This document shows, in pieces, positions 32,122 through 41,291 of a stretch of DNA of 64,000 nt (positions within the stretch are counted from its first letter, which is position 1; each line of letters opens with the position of its first letter). Origin of the DNA: Hyphomicrobiales bacterium (lineage in GTDB: Bacteria; Pseudomonadota; Alphaproteobacteria; Rhizobiales; JAKPQE01); the NCBI GenBank assembly GCA_041397845.1, contig JAWKVW010000004.1, positions 12,104 through 76,103 on the forward strand. The letters run 5' to 3'. Under the pieces are notes generated by a model. The model made no database searches. It was not told the DNA's origin and saw only the letters and a list, made by a program, of their open reading frames with translations. Position numbers and translations under genes: made by a program.

Positions 32122-33564
32122 ATGCCAAACGAGGCCATCGACATGACTGCGAGCGTCGCACGTCCGGCAAGTGCCAGGGACTTTTCCGTGCTCGTGCTGG
32201 CGAGCGAGCGGAGCATCGGCAGCGAGGCGGCCGCTGAAATTGCCGCCGCACCGGGATTTTCCGAGGCCATTCTCCGGCAGGCACTGGCGGGCGAGCGGGT
32301 CGAGGCAAAAACCGTCGACATGATCGCGGCGGCCGATGCGGTCGTCGTCGTCGCCGATGCGGCGCGCGGCTTCACCTTCGACGTGCGCACGGCGCTCGTC
32401 ATTGCCTCGACGTCGGGTCACAAGCGGATCGTCGTCGCCGTCGGCCGCCTTGCCCGGCTGCCGCACGGGCGCGAACGGTTCGAGGCGATGCGGGCCGATA
32501 TCCTCGCCTTCGAGGCGGCGCTTGCCGATGCCGAGATCGCCATCGTCCCGGTGCAGGCCGGGGCACTCGCGTGGTATGAAGGCGCCGCCGTGGCCGAGGC
32601 CATCGGCGCGCCGACAGCGCCGGCGGCAGCCTCGACGACCGAGCATGCCGACCAGTTTGCCGCGCATCTCGTGTGGACCGGCACGGCACCGCTCCTGCCC
32701 GGCCGCCGCTACGATCTCCTTGCCGGCACGGTGCGGACGTTTGCGACGATCACCGACCTCAAGCACCGGGTGAACGTCTTCGACCTCAGTCATCTGGCGG
32801 CGAAACGGCTCGAGCAGGACGACATCGGCCTCGTCAACCTCGCCACGGCGGAGGCCGTCGACTTCGCACCGGCGAGCGAGAACCGGTCGCGCGGCGTCTT
32901 TCATCTCGTCGACACCAGCACGGGCGAGGTGGTGGCAACAGGCTTCATCCGCTTCGCGCTGCGGCGGGCGACGAACCTTGTCTGGCAGGGGCTCGACGTC
33001 GACAAGGACGCGCGGCGCTCGCTGATGGGACAGCGCGCCTGCATTCTCTGGTTCACCGGCCTTTCCGGCTCCGGCAAGTCGACGGTCGCCAATCTGGTCG
33101 AGAAGCAGTTGCATGCACTCGGCCGCTTCACCTACGTCCTCGACGGCGACAATGTCCGCCACGGCCTCAACAAGGACCTCGGCTTCACCGAGACGGACAG
33201 GGTCGAGAACATCCGCCGTGTTGCCGAGGTGGCAAAGCTGTTCGTCGATGCCGGCGTCATCGTCATTGCGGCCTTCATCTCGCCGTTCCGCGCCGACCGG
33301 CAGATGGCGCGCGACCTGATGCAGCCGGGCGAGTTCATCGAGGTGTTCATGCAGACGCCGCTCGAGCTCTGCATCGAGCGTGACCCGAAGGGGCTCTACA
33401 AGAAGGCGCTGGCCGGCCAGATCAAGAACTTCACCGGTCTCGACTCGCCCTACGAGGCGCCGGAGACCTGCGAACTGCCGCTCGATACCAGCGCCGCCGA
33501 CGCCGGAACGCTGGCCGGCATGGTGGTCCGACATCTCGAGGCAAACGGCTACATCGCGCCGTGA
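32122..33564 (+). CDS. cysC: Adenylylsulfate (APS) kinase fused to a degenerate CysN-like (pseudo-GTPase) N-terminal region
   Basis: The C-terminal ~200 aa is a canonical APS kinase ([41 protein letters not shown]). The N-terminal ~270 aa resembles the CysN G-domain remnant and domain III ([18 protein letters not shown]...) but lacks the G1 P-loop and NKxD. Confidence 0.8.
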   Translation: MPNEAIDMTASVARPASARDFSVLVLASERSIGSEAAAEIAAAPGFSEAILRQALAGERVEAKTVDMIAAADAVVVVADAARGFTFDVRTALVIASTSGHKRIVVAVGRLARLPHGRERFEAMRADILAFEAALADAEIAIVPVQAGALAWYEGAAVAEAIGAPTAPAAASTTEHADQFAAHLVWTGTAPLLPGRRYDLLAGTVRTFATITDLKHRVNVFDLSHLAAKRLEQDDIGLVNLATAEAVDFAPASENRSRGVFHLVDTSTGEVVATGFIRFALRRATNLVWQGLDVDKDARRSLMGQRACILWFTGLSGSGKSTVANLVEKQLHALGRFTYVLDGDNVRHGLNKDLGFTETDRVENIRRVAEVAKLFVDAGVIVIAAFISPFRADRQMARDLMQPGEFIEVFMQTPLELCIERDPKGLYKKALAGQIKNFTGLDSPYEAPETCELPLDTSAADAGTLAGMVVRHLEANGYIAP

Positions 33565-33577
33565 TCGCGGCCCCGGC

Positions 33578-34192
33578 CTACTCGAGGACGGCGGCCTTCA
33601 GGATGCAGACCATGGTCGCCTGGGCCGGCGCATCCCCGACATTGCGGATGATGTGCAGCCCGTCCGAACGGTAGCGCAGGGTTTCGCCGGCGCCGACCTG
33701 GCGGATCTCCTCGCCTATCTCCACTTCCAGCGTCCCGGCAAGAACGCTGAGGGACTCGACCGAGCCGCGCTGATGGCCGTCCGATTCCAGAACGCCGCCC
33801 GGCTCGGCCCGGAAGTCATACCATTGCAGCCACTCGACGCTCTTGATCCAGCCGATGATGGCAAGCTGGCAAAGGCCGTCGTCGGAGACGAGGATCGGCG
33901 TTTCCGCCCTCGTCAGTTTCTCGACGAAGGCGCTTTCCTCGCCGCCGCCAAGCACCCGGTCGATCGAGACGTCGAGCGCCTGGGCAAGACGCCAGATAGT
34001 GGCAAGGGTCGGGTTGGTCTCGTTGCGCTCGATCTGGGAAATGATCGACTTGGCGACGCCCGACTGCTCGGACAGGTCGGCAAGCGACAGGTTGTAAGCC
34101 TTGCGCAGGCGCTGGATCGTCTTGCCGAGCTGGCCGGAAAGCGCCTGAACGCCGTCATCGCCGGCCGCGCCACGAGAGGTCTTGTCGGTCAT
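33578..34192 (-). CDS. XRE family transcriptional regulator with C-terminal cupin domain
   Basis: Start ATG 34192 (MTDKTSRG). HTH LSLADLSEQSGVAKSIISQIERNETNPTLATIWRLAQAL. Cupin-like C-terminus. Confidence 0.85.
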   Translation of the reverse strand: MTDKTSRGAAGDDGVQALSGQLGKTIQRLRKAYNLSLADLSEQSGVAKSIISQIERNETNPTLATIWRLAQALDVSIDRVLGGGEESAFVEKLTRAETPILVSDDGLCQLAIIGWIKSVEWLQWYDFRAEPGGVLESDGHQRGSVESLSVLAGTLEVEIGEEIRQVGAGETLRYRSDGLHIIRNVGDAPAQATMVCILKAAVLE

Positions 34193-34373
34193 TCGTTTTA
34201 GAGAACAAATCGTTTGGTTGGACAAACGAACCTTACGGGGGCGCCGGTTCGCCGGCAAGGGATATGGCGCCGCCAATCGCCGCTCCCAGGCATTGCCAGA
34301 AGCCATGTCGGGGTGTTTTCCGCGCCGGTATTGCCGTATACGGACAGTCAGAAACCCACGGCAATGGTCTGAA

Positions 34374-35102
34374 ATGTTCAAGTTCCCGTCCAGTATCCGC
34401 AAGCGCGTGTTCCGCACCCGCGACCGCGTCATCATCCGCCAGACGCCCTACGGCGCCTATGTTCTCGACCCGCGCGACCAGCTCGACCTCAACATGGCGG
34501 CCGGCCGCGTGCCGGAGCGCAACACCTTCGCCGAGCTGCGCAAGCGGGTCACGGCCTTCCAGCCCGACCTCTTCCTCGACATCGGCTCGAATTTCGGCCT
34601 TTACGCCATTCTTGCCGGGACGATGGGCGTTGGCGAGGTTCACGCCTTCGAGCCGGTGCGGCGCAAGTACGACCAGATTTGCGGGTCGATCGCGGCGAAC
34701 CGGTTTTCCGACCGGGTGCGGGCGCACCACATGGCCGTCGGCGCCGAGGAAGGCACCGCCGTGATGCACCTCGTGCCCGGCCTTTCGGCCGTGTCGCGCT
34801 TCGAGGATGCGACGGACGGCGCCGTGTGGGACTTCACCGAGCGGCAGGAAGTTCGGGTCGCGGCAATCGACGACCTCTTCGACTGGTCAGGCCGCAAGGC
34901 GTTCGTGAAGATCGACGTCGAGGGCGCGGAAAGCGGCGTTCTCGCCGGCATGGAGGGTTTCCTGCAGCGCAATCGCGTTGATCTGCAGATCGAGATCTTC
35001 CCGCAGAACAGCGACGCTGTTTATGCCCTGATGGAGCGTTTCGGCTACACCAAGACCGGCCAGGTGGCGGACGATCATTATTTCGCCTCGCCGGCCCGCT
35101 GA
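34374..35102 (+). CDS. FkbM family SAM-dependent methyltransferase
   Basis: LFLDIGSNFGLYA SAM motif, HAFEP, KIDVEGAESGVL. Divergent from the XRE-cupin regulator. Confidence 0.8.
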   Translation: MFKFPSSIRKRVFRTRDRVIIRQTPYGAYVLDPRDQLDLNMAAGRVPERNTFAELRKRVTAFQPDLFLDIGSNFGLYAILAGTMGVGEVHAFEPVRRKYDQICGSIAANRFSDRVRAHHMAVGAEEGTAVMHLVPGLSAVSRFEDATDGAVWDFTERQEVRVAAIDDLFDWSGRKAFVKIDVEGAESGVLAGMEGFLQRNRVDLQIEIFPQNSDAVYALMERFGYTKTGQVADDHYFASPAR

Positions 35103-35129
35103 CCGGCACCTTGCCGCGAATACCGTTGC

Positions 35130-35159
35130 AACGGCGCCACGACGGCGCCGTTTCTCGTT
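35130..35159 (+). terminator. Rho-independent terminator after the FkbM gene
   Basis: aacggcgcc (35130-38) pairs with ggcgccgtt (35144-52), loop acgac, then tctcgtt. Confidence 0.65.
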
Positions 35160-35278
35160 GGATTCTTGCGCAAAATACCGGCAAATCGCAGCTTTTGGAC
35201 TGGAGTGAATTGAAACGTAATATTTTCATGGTCAAACTTGCCGCCACAAAAAGGGGATAATGGACTGAGAGGCAACAG

Positions 35279-35704
35279 ATGACCTTTGGAAAACTCTTTA
35301 CTATGGCATTGCTCACGCTCTGCCTTGGCACCGGGGCCGCCAAAGCCGACGTCGTGGCGAAGGTCGACCTTTCATCGCAGCGGATGAATGTCTACGTCAA
35401 CGGCGCGTCGAAATACTCGTGGCCGGTGTCGACGGCCCGTCGCGGCTACCGCACCCCGGTCGGCACGTTCCGGCCGCAATCGCTTCGGCGGATGCACTAT
35501 TCGAAGAAGTACCACAACTCGCCGATGCCGCATTCGATCTTCTTCCTCGGCGGCTATGCCATTCACGGCACCGGCGCCGTCAAGTCGCTCGGCCGGCCGG
35601 CGAGCCATGGCTGCGTGCGGCTGCATCCGGCGAACGCGGCGACCCTGTTCAGCCTGGTGCAGGACCACGGCCGCGGCAACACGCGGATCGTCATCACCCG
35701 CTGA
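35279..35704 (+). CDS. L,D-transpeptidase (YkuD domain), paralog 1
   Basis: Signal peptide, WPVSTARRGYRTPVGTF, catalytic HGT...GRPASHGCVRLH. 141 aa. Confidence 0.9.
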   Translation: MTFGKLFTMALLTLCLGTGAAKADVVAKVDLSSQRMNVYVNGASKYSWPVSTARRGYRTPVGTFRPQSLRRMHYSKKYHNSPMPHSIFFLGGYAIHGTGAVKSLGRPASHGCVRLHPANAATLFSLVQDHGRGNTRIVITR

Positions 35705-35720
35705 CCTGGAACAGCGGCAT

Positions 35721-35752
35721 TGGCGGAGATACAGCGGTCTCCGCCAGATTTT
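35721..35752 (+). terminator. Rho-independent terminator after L,D-transpeptidase 1
   Basis: tggcggaga (35721-29) pairs with tctccgcca (35738-46), followed by gatttt. Confidence 0.7.
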
Positions 35753-35848
35753 CAGCATCATGAAAGGGCGCGGCGGGGCTATTCCCGCGCCGCGCCGGTT
35801 GTGGAACTGACTGTGGCGAAGCAGCCCGCGATGCGGGCATTCGACCAA

Positions 35849-35866
35849 TTGATCATTTGATGCATC
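35849..35866 (+). promoter_or_regulatory. Candidate upstream activator sequence (tandem TTGAT half-sites) for the XylR-type activator
   Basis: ttgatcatttgatgcatc lies ~155-170 bp upstream of the -24 element, inside an AT-rich patch. The resemblance to XylR/DmpR-type UAS half-sites is from memory only. Confidence 0.3.
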
Positions 35867-36017
35867 GGCCAAACTGTCAGGCAAAGCGGATTGCACCATT
35901 TGCTAGGCCGATGATAGCGGCGCGCGGCCAGCACGCGCCTCGCCGAGATTTTTTCTCCTTTTGAAATCATTAACGTTTTCCGCCCGACCCCTGCCCTTTC
36001 CGGATTTTTTTCGCAAT

Positions 36018-36032
36018 TGGCACGCCGCTTGC
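36018..36032 (+). promoter_or_regulatory. Sigma-54 (-24/-12) promoter upstream of benA
   Basis: TGGCACgccgcTTGCg matches TGGCAC-N5-TTGCW at every position except the final W. It faces benA (start 36320), and a sigma-54 enhancer-binding protein is encoded at the other end of the cluster. Confidence 0.65.
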
Positions 36033-36319
36033 GAATGTAACGCCGAGCAATAACCAGACGATCAACGTCCGGAATTGACGGGCTGGAGAAAACCAGCCGC
36101 TTGCTTGAGACGTTCTTGGGAGGGACGATGACAAAACCAGCACAGAATCCGTCTTCGGGACGCTGATCCCGCGCGCATCGTCGGTGATCTTACCGACGGC
36201 GCCCCATTCATCTTGCACGAGCAAGGATTTCCAACGCGCCGGCACGGGCGGGCGCGATCGAAATCTCATTGTCTCATCACGACCGAGCTGATCATTCCGG
36301 CAGCCGAGGGAGAGGACGC

Positions 36320-37690
36320 ATGTCGCAAACTCAGACCGAAGTCCGTCACAGCATCGCCAATCTGGAAGCGATGTTGCAGGACGATCACCAGCAGCATTTC
36401 CATCGCATCGACCGCGCAGCCTTCACCGATGAAGAGCTGTTCGAGCTCGAGATGAAGTACATCTTCGAGGGCAACTGGATTTTCCTGGCTCATGACAGCC
36501 AGATCCCCAATCCGAACGACTATCTGTCGCTGCACATCGGCCGCCAGCCGGTCGTCCTGACGCGTGATCGCGACGGCGTCATCCATGGCATGCTCAACAC
36601 CTGCACCCATCGCGGCGCGACGCTGTGCCGGCACAAGAAGGGCAACAAGTCGAGCTTCACCTGCCCGTTCCATGGCTGGACGTTCAACAACAAGGGCAAG
36701 CTTCTCAAGGTCAAGGACCAGCATCCGGATGCCGGCTATCCGGAGACCTTCAATCGCGAGGGCAGCCATGACCTCGTCAAGCTCGGCGCGCTGGCCAGCT
36801 ATCGCGGCTTCATCTTCGGCAGCATTTCGGCCGATGTCGTGCCGCTGGAGGAATACCTCGGCGAGACGACGAAGATCATCGACATGATCGTCGATCAGGC
36901 GCCGGACGGCATCGAGGTGCTGCGCGGCTCGTCGACCTACACGTTCGACGGCAACTGGAAGATCCAGGCCGAGAACGGCGCCGACGGCTACCACGTCACC
37001 GCCACCCACTGGAACTACGCGGCGACCATTCACCAGCGCAAGGCCGGCGGTCGCGACAGCATCAAGGCCATGGACGCGGGCGCCTGGGCGAAGAACGGCG
37101 GCGGCTCCTACGGCTTCGAGAACGGCCACGTGCTGCTGTGGACCAACTGGGACAACCCGGAAAACCGGCCGCTCTGGGCCAAGCGCGAAGAGTGGATCAA
37201 GGAGTTCGGCGAGGAGCGCACCGACTGGATGCTGCGCCGCTCGCGCAATCTCTGCCTCTACCCGAACGTCTACCTGATGGACCAGTTCAGCACGCAGATC
37301 CGCGTCGTGCGGCCGATCTCGGTCGATAAGAGCGAGGTGACGATCTACTGCATCGCGCCGCGCAACGAGCCGGCAGAGGCGCGGGCCCGGCGCCTGCGCC
37401 AGTACGAGGACTTCTTCAACGCCACCGGCATGGCCACTCCGGACGACCTCGAGGAATTCCGGGCGTGCCAGGAGGGCTTCTCGGCCCGCGCCGTCAAGTG
37501 GAACGAGATGAACCGCGGCGCGACCCACTGGGTCGAGGGTCCGGACGCGACCGCCGATCTCATCGGCCTCAAGCCCAAGCTGAGCTGCGTCAAGACCGAG
37601 GACGAGGGCCTCTACATCACCCAGCACCAGGCGTGGCTGGAGCGGATGAAGGCTGCGATCGAAGCCGAAAAGCAGAATGGAGGCCAGTGA
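36320..37690 (+). CDS. benA: Benzoate 1,2-dioxygenase-type Rieske oxygenase, alpha subunit
   Basis: RBS gagggagagga then ATG 36320. Rieske CTHRGATLC...CPFHGWTF. Fe site [16 protein letters not shown]. Long collinear similarity to BenA/AntA/CbdA as recalled ([40 protein letters not shown]). Confidence 0.9.
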   Translation: MSQTQTEVRHSIANLEAMLQDDHQQHFHRIDRAAFTDEELFELEMKYIFEGNWIFLAHDSQIPNPNDYLSLHIGRQPVVLTRDRDGVIHGMLNTCTHRGATLCRHKKGNKSSFTCPFHGWTFNNKGKLLKVKDQHPDAGYPETFNREGSHDLVKLGALASYRGFIFGSISADVVPLEEYLGETTKIIDMIVDQAPDGIEVLRGSSTYTFDGNWKIQAENGADGYHVTATHWNYAATIHQRKAGGRDSIKAMDAGAWAKNGGGSYGFENGHVLLWTNWDNPENRPLWAKREEWIKEFGEERTDWMLRRSRNLCLYPNVYLMDQFSTQIRVVRPISVDKSEVTIYCIAPRNEPAEARARRLRQYEDFFNATGMATPDDLEEFRACQEGFSARAVKWNEMNRGATHWVEGPDATADLIGLKPKLSCVKTEDEGLYITQHQAWLERMKAAIEAEKQNGGQ

Positions 37691-38175
37691 TGCTGTCGTA
37701 TGAAGCCATTCAGGACTTTCTCTTCAAGGAGGCGCGCGCCCAGGGCGAGAAGCGCTGGGCCGACTGGCTGGCCTTCTATGCCGAGGACGCCGTCTACCAC
37801 ATGCCGTCGTGGGACGACGACGGCGAGCCGACCAGCGATCCGCAGACCGAAGTCTCGCTGATCTACTACCCGGATCGCCAGGGCCTGGAAGACCGCGTCT
37901 TCCGCATCGAGACCGACCGTTCGAGCGCCACCATTCCGGACACGCGCTACAACCGGTCGATCACGAACCTTGAAATCCTTTCCCAGGACGATGCGTCGGT
38001 CGAGATCTGCTTCAACTGGACGACGCACAGCTATCGTTATCACACGACGGACACCTATTTCGGAACGTCGCGTTACACGATCGACACCAGCGGAGACAAG
38101 CCGCTCATCAAGAAGAAGTATGTTCTTCTGAAGAACGACTACATCCGCGCCGTCCTCGACGTCTATCAGGTGTAA
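37690..38175 (+). CDS. benB: Benzoate 1,2-dioxygenase-type beta subunit
   Basis: ATG overlaps the benA stop (TGATG). NTF2/SnoaL-like small-subunit signature: IQDFLFKEARAQGEKRWADWLAFYAEDAVYHMP. Confidence 0.88.
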   Translation: MLSYEAIQDFLFKEARAQGEKRWADWLAFYAEDAVYHMPSWDDDGEPTSDPQTEVSLIYYPDRQGLEDRVFRIETDRSSATIPDTRYNRSITNLEILSQDDASVEICFNWTTHSYRYHTTDTYFGTSRYTIDTSGDKPLIKKKYVLLKNDYIRAVLDVYQV

Positions 38176-38188
38176 TGGACGGTACGAT

Positions 38189-39205
38189 ATGGCTCACAAT
38201 ATTGCATTGCAGTTCGAAGACGGGGTGACGCGGATCATCACCTGTGAACCGCACGAACCCGTCGCCGACGCTGCATACCGGGCAAAGATCAACATCCCTC
38301 TCGATTGCCGAGACGGCGCCTGCGGCACCTGCAAGTGCTATTGCGCAAGCGGCTCCTACGACGCCGGCGACTATATCGAGGATGCGCTGACCGAGGCCGA
38401 AGCGGCGGAGGGCTTTGTGCTCTCCTGCCAGATGCGGCCGAAGTCGGACTGCGTCGTGCAGGTGCCGGCTTCCTCGCATGCCTGCAAGACCCAGGTCGCT
38501 TCCTATGAGGGCGAGCTGATCCGGATCTCAAGGGATTCACCGACGACGGTCGTCTTCGACCTGAAGATCAACGAGCCCCTGAAGTTCCTGCCCGGGCAAT
38601 ATGTGAACATCGAAGTGCCGGGGACCGGCAAGTCGCGTTCCTACTCGTTCAGCTCGGCGCCGGAGCATGAGGAACTGTCGTTCCTCATTCGCGACGTGCC
38701 CGGCGGCCTGATGAGCCAGCACATGCGCGAGACGGCCGCGGTCGGCGAGAAGCTGCGCTTCACCGGTCCCTATGGCGCCTTCTACCTGCGCCCGACGATC
38801 CGGCCGATCGTCATGCTGGCCGGCGGTACGGGGCTTGCCCCGTTCCTGTCGATGCTGCGCTGGCTGCTCGACAACCGGACCGACCAGCCGATCCTGCTCG
38901 CCTATGGCGTCAACACGACGGCCGATCTCGTCGAGCTCGACACCCTTGCGGCGCTGAAGCGGCGGATCACCGAGCTCGACTACTTCACCGTGGTCGTCGA
39001 CCCGGAAAGCGGGCACGAGCGGACGGGCTACGTCACGGACCACCTGACCGCCGGGCAGCTCAATGACGGCGAAGTCGACATCTATGTCTGCGGCCCGCCG
39101 CCGATGGTCGAGGGGGTGCGCTCGTTCATCGCCCGGGCCGGGGTGACGCCGCGCAATCTCTTTTTCGAGAAGTTCAACTCGACCGCCGAGACGGGAGACG
39201 CCTGA
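38189..39205 (+). CDS. benC: Dioxygenase electron-transfer component (plant-type 2Fe-2S ferredoxin + FNR-like reductase)
   Basis: CRDGACGTCKC...C cluster, FAD motif RSYSFSS, NAD motif LAGGTGLAPF, YVCGPPPMV. Confidence 0.9.
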   Translation: MAHNIALQFEDGVTRIITCEPHEPVADAAYRAKINIPLDCRDGACGTCKCYCASGSYDAGDYIEDALTEAEAAEGFVLSCQMRPKSDCVVQVPASSHACKTQVASYEGELIRISRDSPTTVVFDLKINEPLKFLPGQYVNIEVPGTGKSRSYSFSSAPEHEELSFLIRDVPGGLMSQHMRETAAVGEKLRFTGPYGAFYLRPTIRPIVMLAGGTGLAPFLSMLRWLLDNRTDQPILLAYGVNTTADLVELDTLAALKRRITELDYFTVVVDPESGHERTGYVTDHLTAGQLNDGEVDIYVCGPPPMVEGVRSFIARAGVTPRNLFFEKFNSTAETGDA

Positions 39206-39987
39206 TGGCCGCGAACCGCTTCACAGACAAGGTCGCGATCGTCACCGGCGCTGCCCAGGGCATCGGCCGCGGCGTCGCCATCGCCATCGCGGCGGAGGGC
39301 GGCAGCGTGCTTGCCGTCGACCGGGCGCCGATCCTTGCCGACGTCGTTGCCGAGATCAAGGCGAGCGGCGGCAAGGCCGAGGCGCTCTCGGCGGACCTTG
39401 AGACCTATGCCGGGGCCGAGGCCGCAGTCGCGACGGCGCTCGAGCATTTCGGCCGCGTCGACATCCTCGTCAACAATGTCGGCGGCACGATCTGGACCAA
39501 GCCCTTCGAGCACTACGGCATCGACGAGATCGAGCGGGAAGTCCGCCGGTCGCTGTTTCCGACGCTGTGGTGCTGCCGGGCGGTGCTGCCGGAGATGATC
39601 CGCCAGCAGAAGGGAACGATCGTCAACGTCTCCTCGATCGCGACGCGCAGCATCTACCGGGTGCCCTATGCGGCCTCGAAGGGCGGCGTCAACGCGATCA
39701 CGGCCTCGCTGGCCATGGAGCAGACGAAAAACGGCATCCGCATCAACGCGACCGCGCCGGGAGGAACCGAGGCGCCGCCGCGCAAGGTGCCGCGCCATCC
39801 GGGCCAGCCGACGGACCAGGAGAACACCTGGTACCAGGGCATCATCGACCAGACGGTCGATAGCAGCCTGATGCACCGCTACGGCACGATCGCCGAACAG
39901 GTCGCGCCGATCCTTTTCCTTGCCTCGGACGAGTCTTCCTACATCACCGGCTCGGTCATTCCGGTCGGTGGCGGCGACCTCGGCTAG
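39205..39987 (+). CDS. benD: 1,6-dihydroxycyclohexa-2,4-diene-1-carboxylate dehydrogenase (SDR)
   Basis: VAIVTGAAQGIGRGVA, LFPTLWCCRAVLPEM, YAASKGGVNA, FLASDESSYITGSVIPVGGG: near-collinear with BenD as recalled. ATG overlaps the benC stop. Confidence 0.88.
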   Translation: MAANRFTDKVAIVTGAAQGIGRGVAIAIAAEGGSVLAVDRAPILADVVAEIKASGGKAEALSADLETYAGAEAAVATALEHFGRVDILVNNVGGTIWTKPFEHYGIDEIEREVRRSLFPTLWCCRAVLPEMIRQQKGTIVNVSSIATRSIYRVPYAASKGGVNAITASLAMEQTKNGIRINATAPGGTEAPPRKVPRHPGQPTDQENTWYQGIIDQTVDSSLMHRYGTIAEQVAPILFLASDESSYITGSVIPVGGGDLG

Positions 39988-40050
39988 GCACCTGAAAGAC
40001 TTCACCAAACCGAACGGCGCAGCGACGCCGGAACCAGAGGGAGTGAAACC

Positions 40051-41217
40051 GTGAAGACCAAGCTTCTCATCGCAAGCGCGCTTGCCGCCACCGCCCTGAC
40101 GCTCGGGGCGATGCCGGGCAATGCCGCCGACCCGCTCAAGGTCGGCTTCATGCTGCCGGCGACCGGCACCTATGCCAAGCTCGGCAAGACCATCGAGAAC
40201 GGCTTCCGCCTGTTCGTCGACGAGCAGGGCGGCAGCCTCGGCGGCCGCGCCATCGAATATGTCGCGGTCGATTCCGAGGCCGACCCCTCCAAGGCGGTCG
40301 ACAACGTCAACAAGCTCATCAAGCAGGAAAAGGTCGACGTGATCGTCGGCTCCGTGCATTCGGGCGTCGCCATGGCGATGGCCAAGGAAGCCAAGGCTTC
40401 CGGCACGCTGATGATCGTGCCGAACGCCGGCGCCAATGCCGTCACCGGCCCGCTGTGCGCGCCGAACATCTTCCGCACCAGCTTCTCGAACTGGCAGCCG
40501 GGCTATGCGGCCGGCCAGGCGATGGCCGAGCGCGGCGTGAAGACGGCCGTCACCATCACCTGGAAGTACGGCGCCGGCGAAGAGATGGTCGGCGGCTTCA
40601 AGGAGGCCTTCACCGCAGCCGGCGGCACCGTCGTCAAGGAGCTGTTCGTGCCGTTCCCGAACGTCGAGTTCCAGGCGCTGCTGACCGAGATCGCGGCGGC
40701 CAAGCCCGACGCGGTGTTCGCGTTCTTTGCCGGCGGCGGCGCGGTGAAGTTCGTCAAGGACTATGCGGCGGCCGGCCTCAAGGCGTCGATCCCGCTCTAT
40801 GGCACCGGCTTCCTCACCGACGGCACGCTCGAGGCGCAGGGCGCCGACGCGGAAGGCGTCGTCACTGCCCTGCAGTATGCCGACGGCCTTGGCACGCCGA
40901 AGGATCAGGCGTTCCGTGCCGCCTACGAGAAGGCCTATGGCGCCTCGCCGGACGTCTATGCGGTGCAGGCCTATGACGCGGCCCAGTTGCTCGGCATCGG
41001 CCTTGCCGCGACCGGCGGCAGCGTCGACGACAAGGCTGCCTTCGCGGCGGCCGTCGAGGCGGCGACGATCGACAGCCCGCGCGGCCCGTTCACGATCTCC
41101 AAGGCCCACAACCCGATCCAGGACATTTACCTGCGCGAGGTCAAGGGCAAGGAGAACGCGGTGATCGGCGTCGCCTCCAAGGCGCTGGAAGACCCGGCAC
41201 GCGGCTGCCGCATGTAA
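40051..41217 (+). CDS. ABC transporter substrate-binding protein, Leu/Ile/Val-binding (LivJ/type I PBP) family
   Basis: GTG start after gagggag. Signal peptide MKTKLLIASALAATALTLGAMPGNAA. PBP type I fold motifs. Confidence 0.85.
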   Translation: MKTKLLIASALAATALTLGAMPGNAADPLKVGFMLPATGTYAKLGKTIENGFRLFVDEQGGSLGGRAIEYVAVDSEADPSKAVDNVNKLIKQEKVDVIVGSVHSGVAMAMAKEAKASGTLMIVPNAGANAVTGPLCAPNIFRTSFSNWQPGYAAGQAMAERGVKTAVTITWKYGAGEEMVGGFKEAFTAAGGTVVKELFVPFPNVEFQALLTEIAAAKPDAVFAFFAGGGAVKFVKDYAAAGLKASIPLYGTGFLTDGTLEAQGADAEGVVTALQYADGLGTPKDQAFRAAYEKAYGASPDVYAVQAYDAAQLLGIGLAATGGSVDDKAAFAAAVEAATIDSPRGPFTISKAHNPIQDIYLREVKGKENAVIGVASKALEDPARGCRM

Positions 41218-41291
41218 CGGCGCGACCTGCGTCTCACCCGGACCGGTCCACGCCCCCCGGCGGGCGTGGACCCCAGCGGAGCGAGCGGACG

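Noticed and set aside
35945-35985. IHF binding site between the candidate UAS and the -24/-12 promoter.
   Set aside because: The stretch is AT-rich, but I could not align it to WATCAANNNNTTR without mismatches at the conserved positions. I keep it only as a 'bendable AT-rich region', not as a called site.
35970-36269. 99-aa minus-strand ORF (and 63-aa ORF 35779..35970) in the benA upstream region.
   Set aside because: No RBS, odd composition and no recognisable domain. They overlap the predicted sigma-54 promoter and leader. More likely non-coding regulatory DNA.
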